Sequence record: SRR31156797_2722
Strand: one strand, 5' to 3'
Length of the DNA: 64,000 nucleotides
Shown: one piece after another, positions 40,919 through 52,800 of the stretch
Numbering within the stretch: the first letter of the stretch is position 1
Layout of the letters: each line of letters begins with the position of its first letter
The notes under the pieces: generated by a model
Seen by the model: the letters and a program-made list of their open reading frames with translations, nothing else
Database searches by the model: none
What the model was told of the DNA's origin: nothing
Program-made: the position numbers and the translations under genes

Positions 40919-42484
40919 TTAACGAACTTTAAACCAATCGATATCAACATATCCCCCTATTTGACTGGTTGCATAATTAAACAGGCAAAACTTATTGCCT
41001 GTAAACATTTTAAGGCTGAATTGCATTCTTAATTCATTGCCTAAAGCAGTATAGTTTTCATTATCGAAGCTATACTCAAAAGAGGCTATTCTAGTACTGT
41101 TAGAAGCAATGACACGCAAGTATATTTCTTTTCCGTCAACCTTTGAAACAGACGAAATAGTTTCGCCATTATTAACCATTATAAGCTCTTTTTTTCCTTC
41201 AGTTTGTTTAACTGCGACATAGGCATATGGATCTTGAAAAATACCAACGCCTGCAATGTCGCCATCCTTCATGTTGACAACATCAATTTTAGCAGTGCCT
41301 AACGAAGGTGTTATTTTATCGTAATGGGCAAATGGGCGCTGGGTTAATGTATTCACAGCTTTTGGCAAGCTATCAACTACCGAAGCTGTGTAAAGCCTTA
41401 GGTAGCCTTTACGTTCAGCAAGCGACCACTTTGTAGAATCGGGGTTATGGTTCCAGCCCCATTGCATGCCTAAAGTAGCCGATTCAAACGCGTCGGACAT
41501 TGGAAATTCCTTGATTGGATACTCCTTGCCAACATTAGGCTTTCTGTAGGTAGCTACCCCTTTGCCATCAACACCCACCATTGGCCAGCCTTCTTCCCAT
41601 GTTACCGGCTGTAATGATGGAAAACGGCCAAACGGGCCACTGTCAACAAACAGCATTGTCCACCACTCGCCTGTTTGAGTTTCGATTAATGCGCCCTGGT
41701 GAACGCCAAAGGTGACGCCTGGTGTTTTGTCTTCAATCACCACTTTTTGCTCATAAGGGCCATAGATGTTTTTAGATCGCAAAGCCACTTGAATGCCGGC
41801 AACGCCACCGTAAGTTCCATACAGATAATAGTAACCATTGATTTTATACACGTGCATGCCTTCGAGCCCGCCACGGATATCGCCTTTAAACACCAGCGAA
41901 TCGTTGCTGATTGGCGCAAAGTTTTTATCTAATTCGGTAATTTTTATATCGCCGTAGCCATGTGCCACATAGATACGCCCATCGGTATCGAAGAACAAGC
42001 CCGGGTCATAAAAGCCTTTTGGCAGTTTTGTTACTTCCCAAGGCCCTTCTGCTTTATCAGCAGAACAGATAAACCCGCCTTCGTCGAGTGTGATGAACAG
42101 CATATAAAATTTGCCATTATTGTACTTGATGCTGGTAGCCCACTGCCCATGGCCATAGCGGTTACAGCCATTCAGGTTATAGCAATCGCTAAAATCGAAT
42201 CGAGGCACAGCATTGCTGCAATATTCCCAGTTTACTAAATCGTGCGATTTCAAAACGGTTACCCCCGGAAATACCCACATGGTTGTTGTTACCATGTAAT
42301 AGGTATCGCCTACGCAGATAACATCCGGATCCGGAAAATCGGCAGGAATCACCGGGTTGGTATAAGTGCCATCGCCATTGTCGCCATAGAGCCTGTTAAC
42401 AGGCTGCTTTTTATTATTTGTACATGCCAACAGCATGGCTCCAAATAATATAGATAAGGTTAATGATTGAATGCTTCTTACCAT
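40919..42484 (-). CDS. GH43 xylosidase/arabinofuranosidase (GH43_10-like) with C-terminal beta-sandwich, lipoprotein
   Basis: DFPDPD, GQWA, YDPGLF, LEG.H, HQG, WGWNHNP, DIDWF; lipobox LLAC. Confidence 0.9.
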   Translation of the reverse strand: MVRSIQSLTLSILFGAMLLACTNNKKQPVNRLYGDNGDGTYTNPVIPADFPDPDVICVGDTYYMVTTTMWVFPGVTVLKSHDLVNWEYCSNAVPRFDFSDCYNLNGCNRYGHGQWATSIKYNNGKFYMLFITLDEGGFICSADKAEGPWEVTKLPKGFYDPGLFFDTDGRIYVAHGYGDIKITELDKNFAPISNDSLVFKGDIRGGLEGMHVYKINGYYYLYGTYGGVAGIQVALRSKNIYGPYEQKVVIEDKTPGVTFGVHQGALIETQTGEWWTMLFVDSGPFGRFPSLQPVTWEEGWPMVGVDGKGVATYRKPNVGKEYPIKEFPMSDAFESATLGMQWGWNHNPDSTKWSLAERKGYLRLYTASVVDSLPKAVNTLTQRPFAHYDKITPSLGTAKIDVVNMKDGDIAGVGIFQDPYAYVAVKQTEGKKELIMVNNGETISSVSKVDGKEIYLRVIASNSTRIASFEYSFDNENYTALGNELRMQFSLKMFTGNKFCLFNYATSQIGGYVDIDWFKVR

Positions 42485-42656
42485 TGTGTTTTTGTTTTTT
42501 GTGTAATGTTTAGGGAGCGCTATAAAGCTTCGGCGTTAAAAAATTAAACCACCTCCCTACTCATGCTTCGGGAGAAAGGCTGTCCCCAAACGCTTTGGTT
42601 TAATTTGTTTTATGCAAAAGAGTTCTCCCCCTACCTAAAAGCCTTTATCAACTTTC

Positions 42657-45266
42657 TTAATAAAGTTGATAGCGTTTGTAAGGGCTTTCTTTCATTTTTA
42701 AATAGGAGCGTTCGTAACCTCCATTGTCAACTACCACTTTATATATTACCACTCCAGGATCTAGCATCCTAATTTTTAATGTAAATATGCCTGTATTGGT
42801 TTCGGGTAGTTGAAGAACAAGTGGTATTTCAATCATACGGGCAGCTCCAGCGGGATACATTTTACTGTAATTATTTGCCCAGTTTAAATCATTATTAATA
42901 TTAATGGACTGCTCCTCCCCCCCCTCAAAAGAGGCAATAATGCTATGCCCCCCCTTTTTGAAAGGTAATGTACTATCAAAAAACAAATGCACTTGGATGC
43001 TATCAGCTTTAGGTGACATATTCATTTTATAACTGATTGATGCTTCATTAGGATATTCAGTATAAGGCATTAAAGTCATCCCAGAAAGATTTCTTCCCAA
43101 GTCAGGAATTACAGTCCAATTTGTATTTTCATCTGCATTAGCCTCAAAATAATGTTCGCCTTCCATCACTACAACTCCATTCTTTTCTGTAAAAAAATAA
43201 TGCCCTTGTCTAACTTCTTCTGGATTTAAAAAGGCCACATCCGGCTTCACATTTCCTCCACGCGGTTCATCCCAAGAATGGTATCCGATATGAGTTTGAT
43301 CCATAATGTGATTCCATTTCCCATTTGTTGTATTCAGATTATAATCACGAGTGAATTCTGCATCAATATCAAAACACTTTTCAACACGCCCAGCCCAATA
43401 GTTTGCAGCAATATCCTTTTCTGTAGCAAGTTTTTGATTCATCGCCAACGAATAATACATATCATACAAGTTAGCCATTGCCCTTACCGGATGAAAAATT
43501 AACTGCATATAAGTATTTCTATATTTTTCATCAAGTTTGTAATATTGCCTTTGAGCCAAAGCTTCAAGTGCAAGAAATTCATCTTTGACCATTTTAAATT
43601 CTCCGCTTTCGAGATTATAAGTTTTATGGTTAAGCATTTCTGCAGTAATACGGCTGGCATATTTGCAATATTTGCTTAGAATATCGGCTGCTTCTTCTGC
43701 CTGATTATCACCAAACTTATCAGCACAAAATTTAACAGCATAATTTTTTAGATTATCCTGATTAAACGCATCCGGATTCCAAGCCATTTGTAGAAAAAAA
43801 TCCATTGGGTATTCATTTGGCTTAAGATCACCTACATTGAGTATCCAAACTTTATCAACTCCGTAACCGTAAGTGAGCTGAAGTTGTTCCCACATATGAG
43901 GAATCTGGGTCATATTAAGCCATTGATAAGCCCGAGGAGCCCCATGCAAATCAACATGATAATATATACCATAACCCCCAGGATGTTTTGGTTCTTCCAA
44001 TTCAGGCAAACGGCGGACATTTCCCCAATTATCATCACAAAGAAGAACGATCATATCATCCGGAATTTTAATTCCTTGATCGAAATATTCGAGCACCTCG
44101 CTATATAACGCCCATAACTGAGGTGTTTCTTTGGCAGGCTTTCCTGTTACTTTTGCAATAATGGTTCTTTGATCTGCCATTATTTTTTCAATTAATCTAA
44201 AATTCTCGCCTGCATTTTCTTCTTCATTCATCGGAAGATCTCCATCACCACGCATGGCCATAGTAACTATTTGCTCGTAATTCTTGTTTCGCCTAAAACC
44301 ATCTTCCCAAAATTTCTTCAACCCATATTCGTTGTTTTTGTAGTTCCACTCGCCATTACCATAATCTTTTCGATGATTGCCCCATTCTTTATGGGAGCGC
44401 ATCATTGGCTCGTGATGAGATGTCCCCATCACAATTCCATATTCATCAGCCAATCTAGGATTTTCAGGATCGTCTTCATTGAAAGCACTTCCCCACATTG
44501 CAGGCCATAAATAGTTGGCACGAAGCCTTAAAAGAAGTTCAAACAAGTGAGCATACATAATGCTATTGAGTCCGCCAAATTTTTCATTTGCCCATCCTGT
44601 AAAGCAAGGAGCTTCATCATTAATAAAAATACCTCTGTACTTTACTTTGGGTTCGCCCGATTCGTATCGCCCGTCCAACACATAGGCTGCTTGACGTTGT
44701 TTTACAGGCACATCGGCCCACCAATACCATGGAGATACTCCTAATTGTTGCGACAGTTCATAAATTCCATAAATAGTACCTCGCTTGTCGCTACCGACAA
44801 TAACCAATGCAGCTCTAACTCCTTTTTCAGGATTTGGAATTGTTGTAATTGCAAAACTTTCCCATTTACCTTGCAATTCAGACACATTCAGTTTTTTTGA
44901 TTTAACAAGCTGATCAATCAACTTACTTTCACCCAACGTTCCAATTACAATTTCATAATCAAATGGCTCTATATCCAAATTAACATTAGGCTTAACACCT
45001 GTCACTCTAGCAATATCGTTTTGCAAATCACCCACTGCACGAATTACGCCCTTAAAATCGGATTCATCATAACGAATCAATGCAGAAACTTTATCAGTTG
45101 AGACAATAGGAAAATCAGCTTCGCTCACAGAAACATTTGAAATTATTTTTTCAATCAATCCACTTGTTTGTTGAGCTTTTGCTGAAAATCCTGTAACCAA
45201 AAAGATACTTTTTATAAAAATAACACTTGTCCAATAGCTTATATTCATTCTTGACCTCTTCTTCAT
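42657..45266 (-). CDS. GH115 alpha-glucuronidase (copy 2)
   Basis: GSDKRG, GVSPWYWWADVP, YRGIFINDE, TSHHEPM, MRGDGD, DDNWG. Confidence 0.92.
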   Translation of the reverse strand: MKKRSRMNISYWTSVIFIKSIFLVTGFSAKAQQTSGLIEKIISNVSVSEADFPIVSTDKVSALIRYDESDFKGVIRAVGDLQNDIARVTGVKPNVNLDIEPFDYEIVIGTLGESKLIDQLVKSKKLNVSELQGKWESFAITTIPNPEKGVRAALVIVGSDKRGTIYGIYELSQQLGVSPWYWWADVPVKQRQAAYVLDGRYESGEPKVKYRGIFINDEAPCFTGWANEKFGGLNSIMYAHLFELLLRLRANYLWPAMWGSAFNEDDPENPRLADEYGIVMGTSHHEPMMRSHKEWGNHRKDYGNGEWNYKNNEYGLKKFWEDGFRRNKNYEQIVTMAMRGDGDLPMNEEENAGENFRLIEKIMADQRTIIAKVTGKPAKETPQLWALYSEVLEYFDQGIKIPDDMIVLLCDDNWGNVRRLPELEEPKHPGGYGIYYHVDLHGAPRAYQWLNMTQIPHMWEQLQLTYGYGVDKVWILNVGDLKPNEYPMDFFLQMAWNPDAFNQDNLKNYAVKFCADKFGDNQAEEAADILSKYCKYASRITAEMLNHKTYNLESGEFKMVKDEFLALEALAQRQYYKLDEKYRNTYMQLIFHPVRAMANLYDMYYSLAMNQKLATEKDIAANYWAGRVEKCFDIDAEFTRDYNLNTTNGKWNHIMDQTHIGYHSWDEPRGGNVKPDVAFLNPEEVRQGHYFFTEKNGVVVMEGEHYFEANADENTNWTVIPDLGRNLSGMTLMPYTEYPNEASISYKMNMSPKADSIQVHLFFDSTLPFKKGGHSIIASFEGGEEQSININNDLNWANNYSKMYPAGAARMIEIPLVLQLPETNTGIFTLKIRMLDPGVVIYKVVVDNGGYERSYLKMKESPYKRYQLY

Positions 45267-45358
45267 CTTTTTTTCATTTTAGCAATTACATTTTGCATCT
45301 CCGAAGCATAATTTGTTCTTAATTTTTAAAATTTACCTAAGTATTACTTCCATGAAGC

Positions 45359-45385
45359 AAAAAAAAACAAACACCAAAGGTGTTT
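45359..45385 (-). terminator. Possible intrinsic terminator after GH146/127
   Basis: Minus strand AAACACC-TTT-GGTGTTT followed by G and T9. Confidence 0.5.
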
Positions 45386-45484
45386 AATAACGATAAAAAT
45401 CATCCAGTTCTTCTATTTTAGCCGAGGATCGGCGACAGAATGGATTTTCATTTTCAAAAAAATCATCTTCTGCTTGCACTATAT

Positions 45485-47905
45485 TTACCTTTCCGCCATT
45501 TCTTTTTTAACTACGCGAATCATAAAGATGCCTCCGGCTGTATTGCCTTCGTGAGGTTTAAATGTTACGGTGATATTCTTTTTCCCGGCTAACATTGCCT
45601 CTGGAATATCATAAGAAACATTCCGGAATTCCGAAACTTTCCATTTGTCCTTGGTATCTTCCGTCACAAGCTTTTCGCCATCAATAAGGATATCTAAAGC
45701 ACGGTTGCCCCACTCGTTGCCCCAATAGCGCACCATTAATGACAAGTTTGTTTCGCCATTTGTATTTAACTGATAGCTAAAAAAGCCTCCGCTACGGGCA
45801 TCGCGCCAGAATTCATTCATGTATATGCCTGTGTTAGAATTGGCAGATTGCACAAAATGATCGGCTTCGGGCTGTTGTTGCCCAGGCTGCACTTTATCAA
45901 CAGTAAGTTTTTCCAACAATAACAACTTAGCCTCTTCGGCAGCAATAGAATCCAAAACCACTTTATATTCATCATTCGACAATTGCATCCAATACATCAT
46001 GTACCTTGAATTGTGAATGCCATAGAATGGCTCTAATTCTAGTTGATTCCCGGCGTTTTCGATGTGCATCTGGTTCATGGTGAAATGAAGCGGCTTGCCT
46101 TCAACAGGTTTTAATGCTTCTGCTATTTCAGAACGGTTATCATCAATAATCACAGGCGCATCGTTAACAGGCAACATGCTGCCACCGGCAATGTGTTCCC
46201 AACGGCCACTTCCGGCTACAAGGCCTTTTAAATCTTCTGAACCAGTTTTTGCACCCAAAACAATAGGCCCATGCAAAAAAGCAATGTACGATGGCACATT
46301 TGGCAATGCTTCGATAGTGTTGTGCATTGGCAATGAAATTTCAACCACATCGCCTTTTTTCCATTTACGGTTGATAGAAACATAAGACGATGGCTGGGCT
46401 GTTACATCTTGCTTTTTGCCATTAATTATAATTTCGAGCTTACCTGATTCAACCCACGAAGGATAACGTAGCAACATATTAAACTTTGCATTGCCTTGAG
46501 TAATTACCAACTCTGTTTTTTCCTCGTAAGGGAAATTGGTGTGCTGCTCGAGCCCAACCTTTTTTGCTTTCCAATTAAGCGATGAGGCAACAAACAGGTT
46601 TACAAATAATGAATCCTGGGTATGAGAATAGATGAACTCTCCATATTTTCCATGGTTTTCCAGGCCTGTGCCAACGCAACACCACATGGCTTCGTTGGGT
46701 GCCGAGTAAACTCTATAATGCCTTGGGCGCGCCGGGGTAAAATAAACATAACCGCCATGCTCCGGGTGCTGTGTCGACAAAATATGGTTGAACATTGCCC
46801 GTTCATAAAAATCGGCATATTTAGCCTCAAGGCTCATACGGAAAAGTATCTCTGTGAGCTTAAGCATGTTGTTGGTATTGCAAGATTCAGGCCCTTCAAC
46901 ATCATTGATATAATCGGTGCACGAAGCTGCTGTTGGGAAAAATTCTTTACGGCTGTTGCCACCAATCGCAAGGCTGCGGTTTTGGGTAACTGTTTCCCAA
47001 AAGAAAGTGCCGGCATCGTTGTATTTTGCATCATTAGCCACCTCTGCTATGCGCTGAAAACCTACTGCTTTAGGTACTTGCGTATTGGCATGCTTGTTAT
47101 CAAGTTTATCTTCGCCCGCCATTAAAGGGTTCAAAATATCTTTATGTGAAAACCTTTTGGCAGTAGCCAAATATTTTTCGTTACCGGTTATCTGATACGC
47201 ATCAGCCAAAACCTCATTCATGCCGCCATGTTCGTTGGCCAACATAGCTTCCATCTGCGCATCGGTTAAGCCAACGGTTAAATCCACTGCCCAATCGCAA
47301 AACTTCAGAAATACTTCTTTGGCATCTTCATTACCACCATAAAGCCAGGCATCGCGCAAGCCGGCATAAGCTTTATGGACATTGTACCAAGGCACCCAAT
47401 ATTTCCAAATCAATTCGGTTTTGCCTTCTTTTATACCTTTCCACAAATCAGCGCCATTAGGCACGCCGCCAACATAGCCAACGCCCCAACCGGGATATTT
47501 TTTTCCATTGGCTTCCTGGCAAGCTTTTAACTCAGCCACCATATAATTCATGCGCTTAAAACACGCTTGGTTGCCTGTTGCAGCATAATGAATGGCCATT
47601 GCCGAAAGGTAATGCCCGCCAACATGGCCATCGAGCCCATCGCTTTCCCAGTTGCCATAATTTTCAGCTTTAGGCGTTAAACCGGCAGCTTTAAGGTAAG
47701 GTGCTAAAAAACGATCGGTATCGTACTTTAATAAAGTAACAATATTCAGATCCTGAGCCTCTTTAAATGGGCCATCCAACAAGCGCACATCTGATAATGG
47801 GAATGTATTTTGATAAAGTTTGTCCTGTGCCATTGCGTTGCTACTGCCACAAACAGCAGCAGCAACAAGCACAATTTTTGATAGTTTTTTAAGATTATTT
47901 TTCAT
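45485..47905 (-). CDS. GH146/GH127 beta-L-arabinofuranosidase-like protein
   Basis: GHVGGHYLSA, EHGGMNE, HANTQVPK, ESCNTNNMLKL, WCCVGTGLE (Zn/Cys motif). Confidence 0.88.
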   Translation of the reverse strand: MKNNLKKLSKIVLVAAAVCGSSNAMAQDKLYQNTFPLSDVRLLDGPFKEAQDLNIVTLLKYDTDRFLAPYLKAAGLTPKAENYGNWESDGLDGHVGGHYLSAMAIHYAATGNQACFKRMNYMVAELKACQEANGKKYPGWGVGYVGGVPNGADLWKGIKEGKTELIWKYWVPWYNVHKAYAGLRDAWLYGGNEDAKEVFLKFCDWAVDLTVGLTDAQMEAMLANEHGGMNEVLADAYQITGNEKYLATAKRFSHKDILNPLMAGEDKLDNKHANTQVPKAVGFQRIAEVANDAKYNDAGTFFWETVTQNRSLAIGGNSRKEFFPTAASCTDYINDVEGPESCNTNNMLKLTEILFRMSLEAKYADFYERAMFNHILSTQHPEHGGYVYFTPARPRHYRVYSAPNEAMWCCVGTGLENHGKYGEFIYSHTQDSLFVNLFVASSLNWKAKKVGLEQHTNFPYEEKTELVITQGNAKFNMLLRYPSWVESGKLEIIINGKKQDVTAQPSSYVSINRKWKKGDVVEISLPMHNTIEALPNVPSYIAFLHGPIVLGAKTGSEDLKGLVAGSGRWEHIAGGSMLPVNDAPVIIDDNRSEIAEALKPVEGKPLHFTMNQMHIENAGNQLELEPFYGIHNSRYMMYWMQLSNDEYKVVLDSIAAEEAKLLLLEKLTVDKVQPGQQQPEADHFVQSANSNTGIYMNEFWRDARSGGFFSYQLNTNGETNLSLMVRYWGNEWGNRALDILIDGEKLVTEDTKDKWKVSEFRNVSYDIPEAMLAGKKNITVTFKPHEGNTAGGIFMIRVVKKEMAER

Positions 47906-47926
47906 TATAAAAACCGTTATTCTTTG

Positions 47927-49876
47927 TTATTGCACAATTACAACACCTCCATTACATGGAATAGAAAGAGTAGCTTCTTGTTTGTTATTTAGCTTGCCTG
48001 ATACTTTTTTTCCTGACAATTGGCTATCATCAACATACATAGTATAAGCGCCTCCTTTTTGAAGCATTGGCAATTTTATTTTCAATTTTAAAGTTTCTTT
48101 TTGGGCATTTACTCCTGCGATGTACCATTTATCCCCTTTTCGGCGTGCAAATACAACATACTTGCCAGGATAACCATCGATGAATTGGACTTCGTCCCAG
48201 GTTGAAGGCACTTCTTTCATAAAATCGATAGCCCATGCAGGGGTATCTTCCAAATTATTGGGTGCTAAAGCAAAATGCTGCACGCCACTCTGAAACAAAA
48301 CCGCAGTAGCCAAAGCAAACACATCGGAAGTGATGCGTTTGGTGCCTTTATTTGGCGTATTATCTGCGTTATAAAATTGATTCAAAGCACTGCCGCCAAA
48401 ATCCATGCTGCCAACAGTATTGCGGATAAATGGGTGGATACAGGCATTAAAAGCTTCGGCATCGCAACTGCCCTGCCCAAAGTGTAAATTTTCGCTGGCT
48501 AACACTGCTTCGCTTGACGCAAAGTTAGGATACATGCGCTCCCAACCGCGAGGCAAAGTACATCCGTGGAAAATCACCTGAATGCCAAAATCATTGGCAT
48601 CCGAAAGGATATCCTCATACAATTGCATGGTTACCTGCTTGTCGCCACCAAAGAAATCTACCTTTATCCCCTTAATGCCAATACTTTGCATCCATGCCAT
48701 CTCTTCCCTTCTAATTCTTGAATTATGCATTAAGCCACGTGGCCCTTGTGGCGCATCGTTCCAATAGCCATTTGAGTTATACCACAAGTAAAGCCCAACA
48801 TTTTTGCTTTCGCCATATTTAGCCAGCTCGGCAATTTTATCGCGCCCAATTTGTGTATCCCAAAGGGCATCAATCAATATGGTTTCCCATCCCATTGCAG
48901 CACTAAAATCGATGTACGCTTTTTGTACCGGGAAGGTGGTATTATTGTCCATTTTGATGATCCAGCTCCAAGAACCTTTGGTATACTTATAGTTTTTTGA
49001 CGCTTTGTATTTAGGTTCAACTACGTCAAAAGGGATAGTCGTTTCGACAATTGGCTTTAAAGTCTCGCCAACGGTAATCGTACGCCAAGGCGTTTCGCCC
49101 GGCAAAGCAATACCTGGAGTGGTTGTGCCATTGCCATTATTCTCGCCTTCTTGAGGAAAACCAATGGCATACAAGCCTCCGTTGCTATTAACCAGCCTGC
49201 TTGCACAGTAACTGCCATCAACGCCAGTTTCGGAAATTAATACCCATCCTTTATCTGTTACCTTAAACAGACATGGGAATGTATAGCCATTGCCCCAGCC
49301 ATTTTGCCCAATTGGCGCATCGGCTGAATAGGCTGTTTCATAACTTGGCGAGGTACGTGCAAAACCGTGCATTGGCTCTGCCTGCGGGCAAAGAAATGTT
49401 GTAGTGCCTTCGGGCAATTTAAAGCCGGTTGCTTCGGCTTCAACTACACAAGCAAAATTTTCTTTTTGAGGATATACTTTATATTTAAATGCAACATCGT
49501 TATTGCTTACGCGGAATGTTACATCAATGGCAGCTTGGCCATCTTTTGTAAAACCAAACACAGTTTCGTTGGCTTTATAATTTACCTTGCTGAATTTAAT
49601 GTTGGGCAATTCATAAGTATCGTTAACTTCATTTGCCTTCACATCTGCATTCATTTCAAGCCCTGTTGAAAAATCGCCAACATTGGTTTTCAACCCAATT
49701 GGCGAACCTTCGATAAAAGCAACGCCGTTAAGGGCCACGCTATATTCTGGCGCCCCATTATTGGCAGATACTATTACAACAAGCTTCCCATCGGGGCTTG
49801 CTACCTGTTTTGATTGGGCAATAAGACCACTAATTCTTACACATATCAAAAAGAAAACTACACTTAATTTCTTCAT
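47927..49876 (-). CDS. GH97 alpha-glycosidase
   Basis: SPDGK, TPWRTI, IDALWD, GIKVDFF, FHGCTLPRGWERMYPN, GSMDF. Confidence 0.92.
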   Translation of the reverse strand: MKKLSVVFFLICVRISGLIAQSKQVASPDGKLVVIVSANNGAPEYSVALNGVAFIEGSPIGLKTNVGDFSTGLEMNADVKANEVNDTYELPNIKFSKVNYKANETVFGFTKDGQAAIDVTFRVSNNDVAFKYKVYPQKENFACVVEAEATGFKLPEGTTTFLCPQAEPMHGFARTSPSYETAYSADAPIGQNGWGNGYTFPCLFKVTDKGWVLISETGVDGSYCASRLVNSNGGLYAIGFPQEGENNGNGTTTPGIALPGETPWRTITVGETLKPIVETTIPFDVVEPKYKASKNYKYTKGSWSWIIKMDNNTTFPVQKAYIDFSAAMGWETILIDALWDTQIGRDKIAELAKYGESKNVGLYLWYNSNGYWNDAPQGPRGLMHNSRIRREEMAWMQSIGIKGIKVDFFGGDKQVTMQLYEDILSDANDFGIQVIFHGCTLPRGWERMYPNFASSEAVLASENLHFGQGSCDAEAFNACIHPFIRNTVGSMDFGGSALNQFYNADNTPNKGTKRITSDVFALATAVLFQSGVQHFALAPNNLEDTPAWAIDFMKEVPSTWDEVQFIDGYPGKYVVFARRKGDKWYIAGVNAQKETLKLKIKLPMLQKGGAYTMYVDDSQLSGKKVSGKLNNKQEATLSIPCNGGVVIVQ

Positions 49877-49889
49877 TATATCTTAATCT

Positions 49890-52800
49890 TTATTTGTTAA
49901 TCTTTAATATTTTTTTCGCTGAAACAGTTTTATCGGAATAGGTTTTTAGTTCAATAAAAAATCCGGTTCTATTATGAACATTGTTTATTCGCTCTCCGGT
50001 TAATGAATAATACTCTATTGAAATTACAATCTTAGATGCCGTCGGCAGATCATCTATACCTACATCATTAGGAACCTCACCTGAAAGTGCAATTGTTTTT
50101 GTTAATACACCTATAGATGATATATTAATATTAGCGTTATAACTCCCTTCTGAAAGACCTGTTTGTAGCCTTACATAAACAAGAGTTTCTGCAATACTGC
50201 CATTATGAGGTGAAAGAACAACATTGGTACTATATTCTTGATTTTCCACCAAACTCAACTCAAATCCTATAGGAGCTGCAATAGAAATGTCATCTATCAA
50301 TGAACCTCCTAATACATTAAACGTTTGAATATTTGACTCCCCATTAATATCATATTTAAATCCAACCAATTCGGATGTTGAAATAGAAATTAGATCTGGT
50401 GTCCCATTTTCTGATTCAAGCCCATTAAAAGTGATATCATCTAAATAAAAATCGGTATTATCAGCAGCTAAACCCCAAACAACTTGAGAAGCCCCTGATT
50501 GAAATGCATTAGCACTGGCATCTGTAGCTGACGAAGCTTCAACCCAAGTAATGCCATCGGTTGAATATTCAAAAGATAATTCAACAGTAGAGCTACCAGA
50601 TACTGATGCACGGTACCAAACAGGCTGCCCTATTGCTGGAGCAAGGGCATCAACATAACCATTTGTCATCATGTTTAACCCTGTGCTGGAAGTTGAACTA
50701 TAAATCCTAAACTCTGAACGGGCATCAGGGCCGGCAGTGTAAACAATAAACAGATAACCTTCCATAATGCCTTGAACATAGCCGTTAGTATCATCCCCTA
50801 CATTATTAACATCACCGCGTAATAACATACCAACTTTATAATATTCATTGGAGCCAACACATTGCTTCCATGTTACAGAATAGTCGGTACTTTCGGTTGA
50901 AAATAAATCCAGATTTATTACTCCGGTTGAGTTTTTCTGCCCACTACTATATGCAGTTAGCATATTGCTTGTTAGCCCATTGGCATCGGTAAACGAAACT
51001 ACGCCAGCAGTGGCTGTATTATCTTGCCCTATAGTTGTTTTCCACGAAGGAGGGGTTTGAGCTGTAGTTGTAGCCTCATCATTAGAAAAGTTATAATACC
51101 TGATATTTGGCACTGGCTCTACCTGGCCACTAACTTCTATTACTGAAGCTGCCACCGAGGATGCACTTATTGATATTTGCCCACTATAAGTGCTAATTGC
51201 CAAACCTTCTTTTAAACGCGCATATATAATAGTTTCTGCAACTGAGCCATCTTCTGGAGCAATTTCAACAGCAGAAGAAAAACCAGAAGTTTCTTCCAAT
51301 GAAATTTCAAAATTATCTGGCGCCTGAATCAATATGCTTCCAATAAGCGAATTGCCTGCAACCGAGAAAGCCTGGTTTTCAGATGGCCCTGCCCCCTGCT
51401 CATATTCAAAATCATCAAGGTTTACTTTTGAAACAGATATACTACCGCTTAAATAGGCAATATTATCCATTACCCAATTGAAGTTATTAGAGTTCAAGCC
51501 CCAAACAATCTCCGACGAACCCGCAGTATAAGTATCGTCAATAAATAATGTTTCACTAGCGCCTTCCCAGTTAAGGCTGTCACTTGAGCACTCAAAGAAT
51601 AACTGGTTGCCATATGCAGTAGCCCTAAGCCAGTAAGGCTCTCCTGGCAATACCGAAAAACTTGTAGTGTAAGTAGGCTTGCTGGCAAGGCCTGTATTAT
51701 TAGCCACATATGGTTTTAGGGTAATGGTATTATCATCGTTATTTAATCCTATAAACAGGTAGCCTTGCTTCATTCCATCGGCATATTCGCATGCCCCATT
51801 ATCGCCTGTACCTCTTAACAATACACCTTTTTTTCCTCCTGTAGTGCCATAATACTCTTTCCAAACAATTGAATAATCAATGGCATCATCAGGAAACATA
51901 TCTAAATCTGCAACGGCAGAGCCATTTAATGAACCAACAGTATATGTTTTAAAACAATTGCTTGCGCTGCTATTAACGTCGGTATATGCAACAACGCCAG
52001 CACTTCCGCTTTGTACTGTAATAAGTTGTGCAGCAGGCGAACTTGCCTCTGTTGTAGCTTCGTCTGCTGAAAAATTATAGACATCGCTATCTGCGCCCTG
52101 AGTAACCACAATATTATCAAACACTATACCGTTAGAACCTGCGGCATTAGCCTTGAATTCAATAACATTTTTGCCTTCGTTTAAGTCTACTATTTGAGTA
52201 TTTACATCCCAAACACTGGTATTATTTGTGCCAGAAAACGAAGGCGTAACCACCTTATTACCATTAACATATAAATCTATAAAAGTAACATCGCCCCCTG
52301 GCGTTGAATACTTAGCCTGCAACTTATATTGGCCTGATCTTATTACTGTTACAGTATCCCTTACACTTGCCGAAGCATTAGTACCAAAGGTTAAGTAGCC
52401 TTGCCCTGTGTAATTACGGATTGAACCTGAATAACCGCTTGTTGTAATGCCACTAATATTTTTATAATCGAAACATTCAGCTTCGTATTGTAATGGCCCG
52501 GTATAAACAGATGGCTGGCTTGGTGCGGATATACTAGCATCGGTATACTCTGTTAAACGATCGGTTTCGGCCCCTTGGCAATTTATAGTAATATCGATTG
52601 GCCCATTATGTTGAACTGTTAGCGAGAAAACACCATTATCCCAGCTACTGGTTACATTACTTGCAATATGGCTCGCCCTATCAGTGTATGAAAATGTAGG
52701 CTCAGAAGTAGAACCATATATTTTAATTACATCAGTTTTAAGCGTGCTTTTATTATTTTCATCATAATTAGAAAGGTAGAATGTTACTTTATCAGCATAC

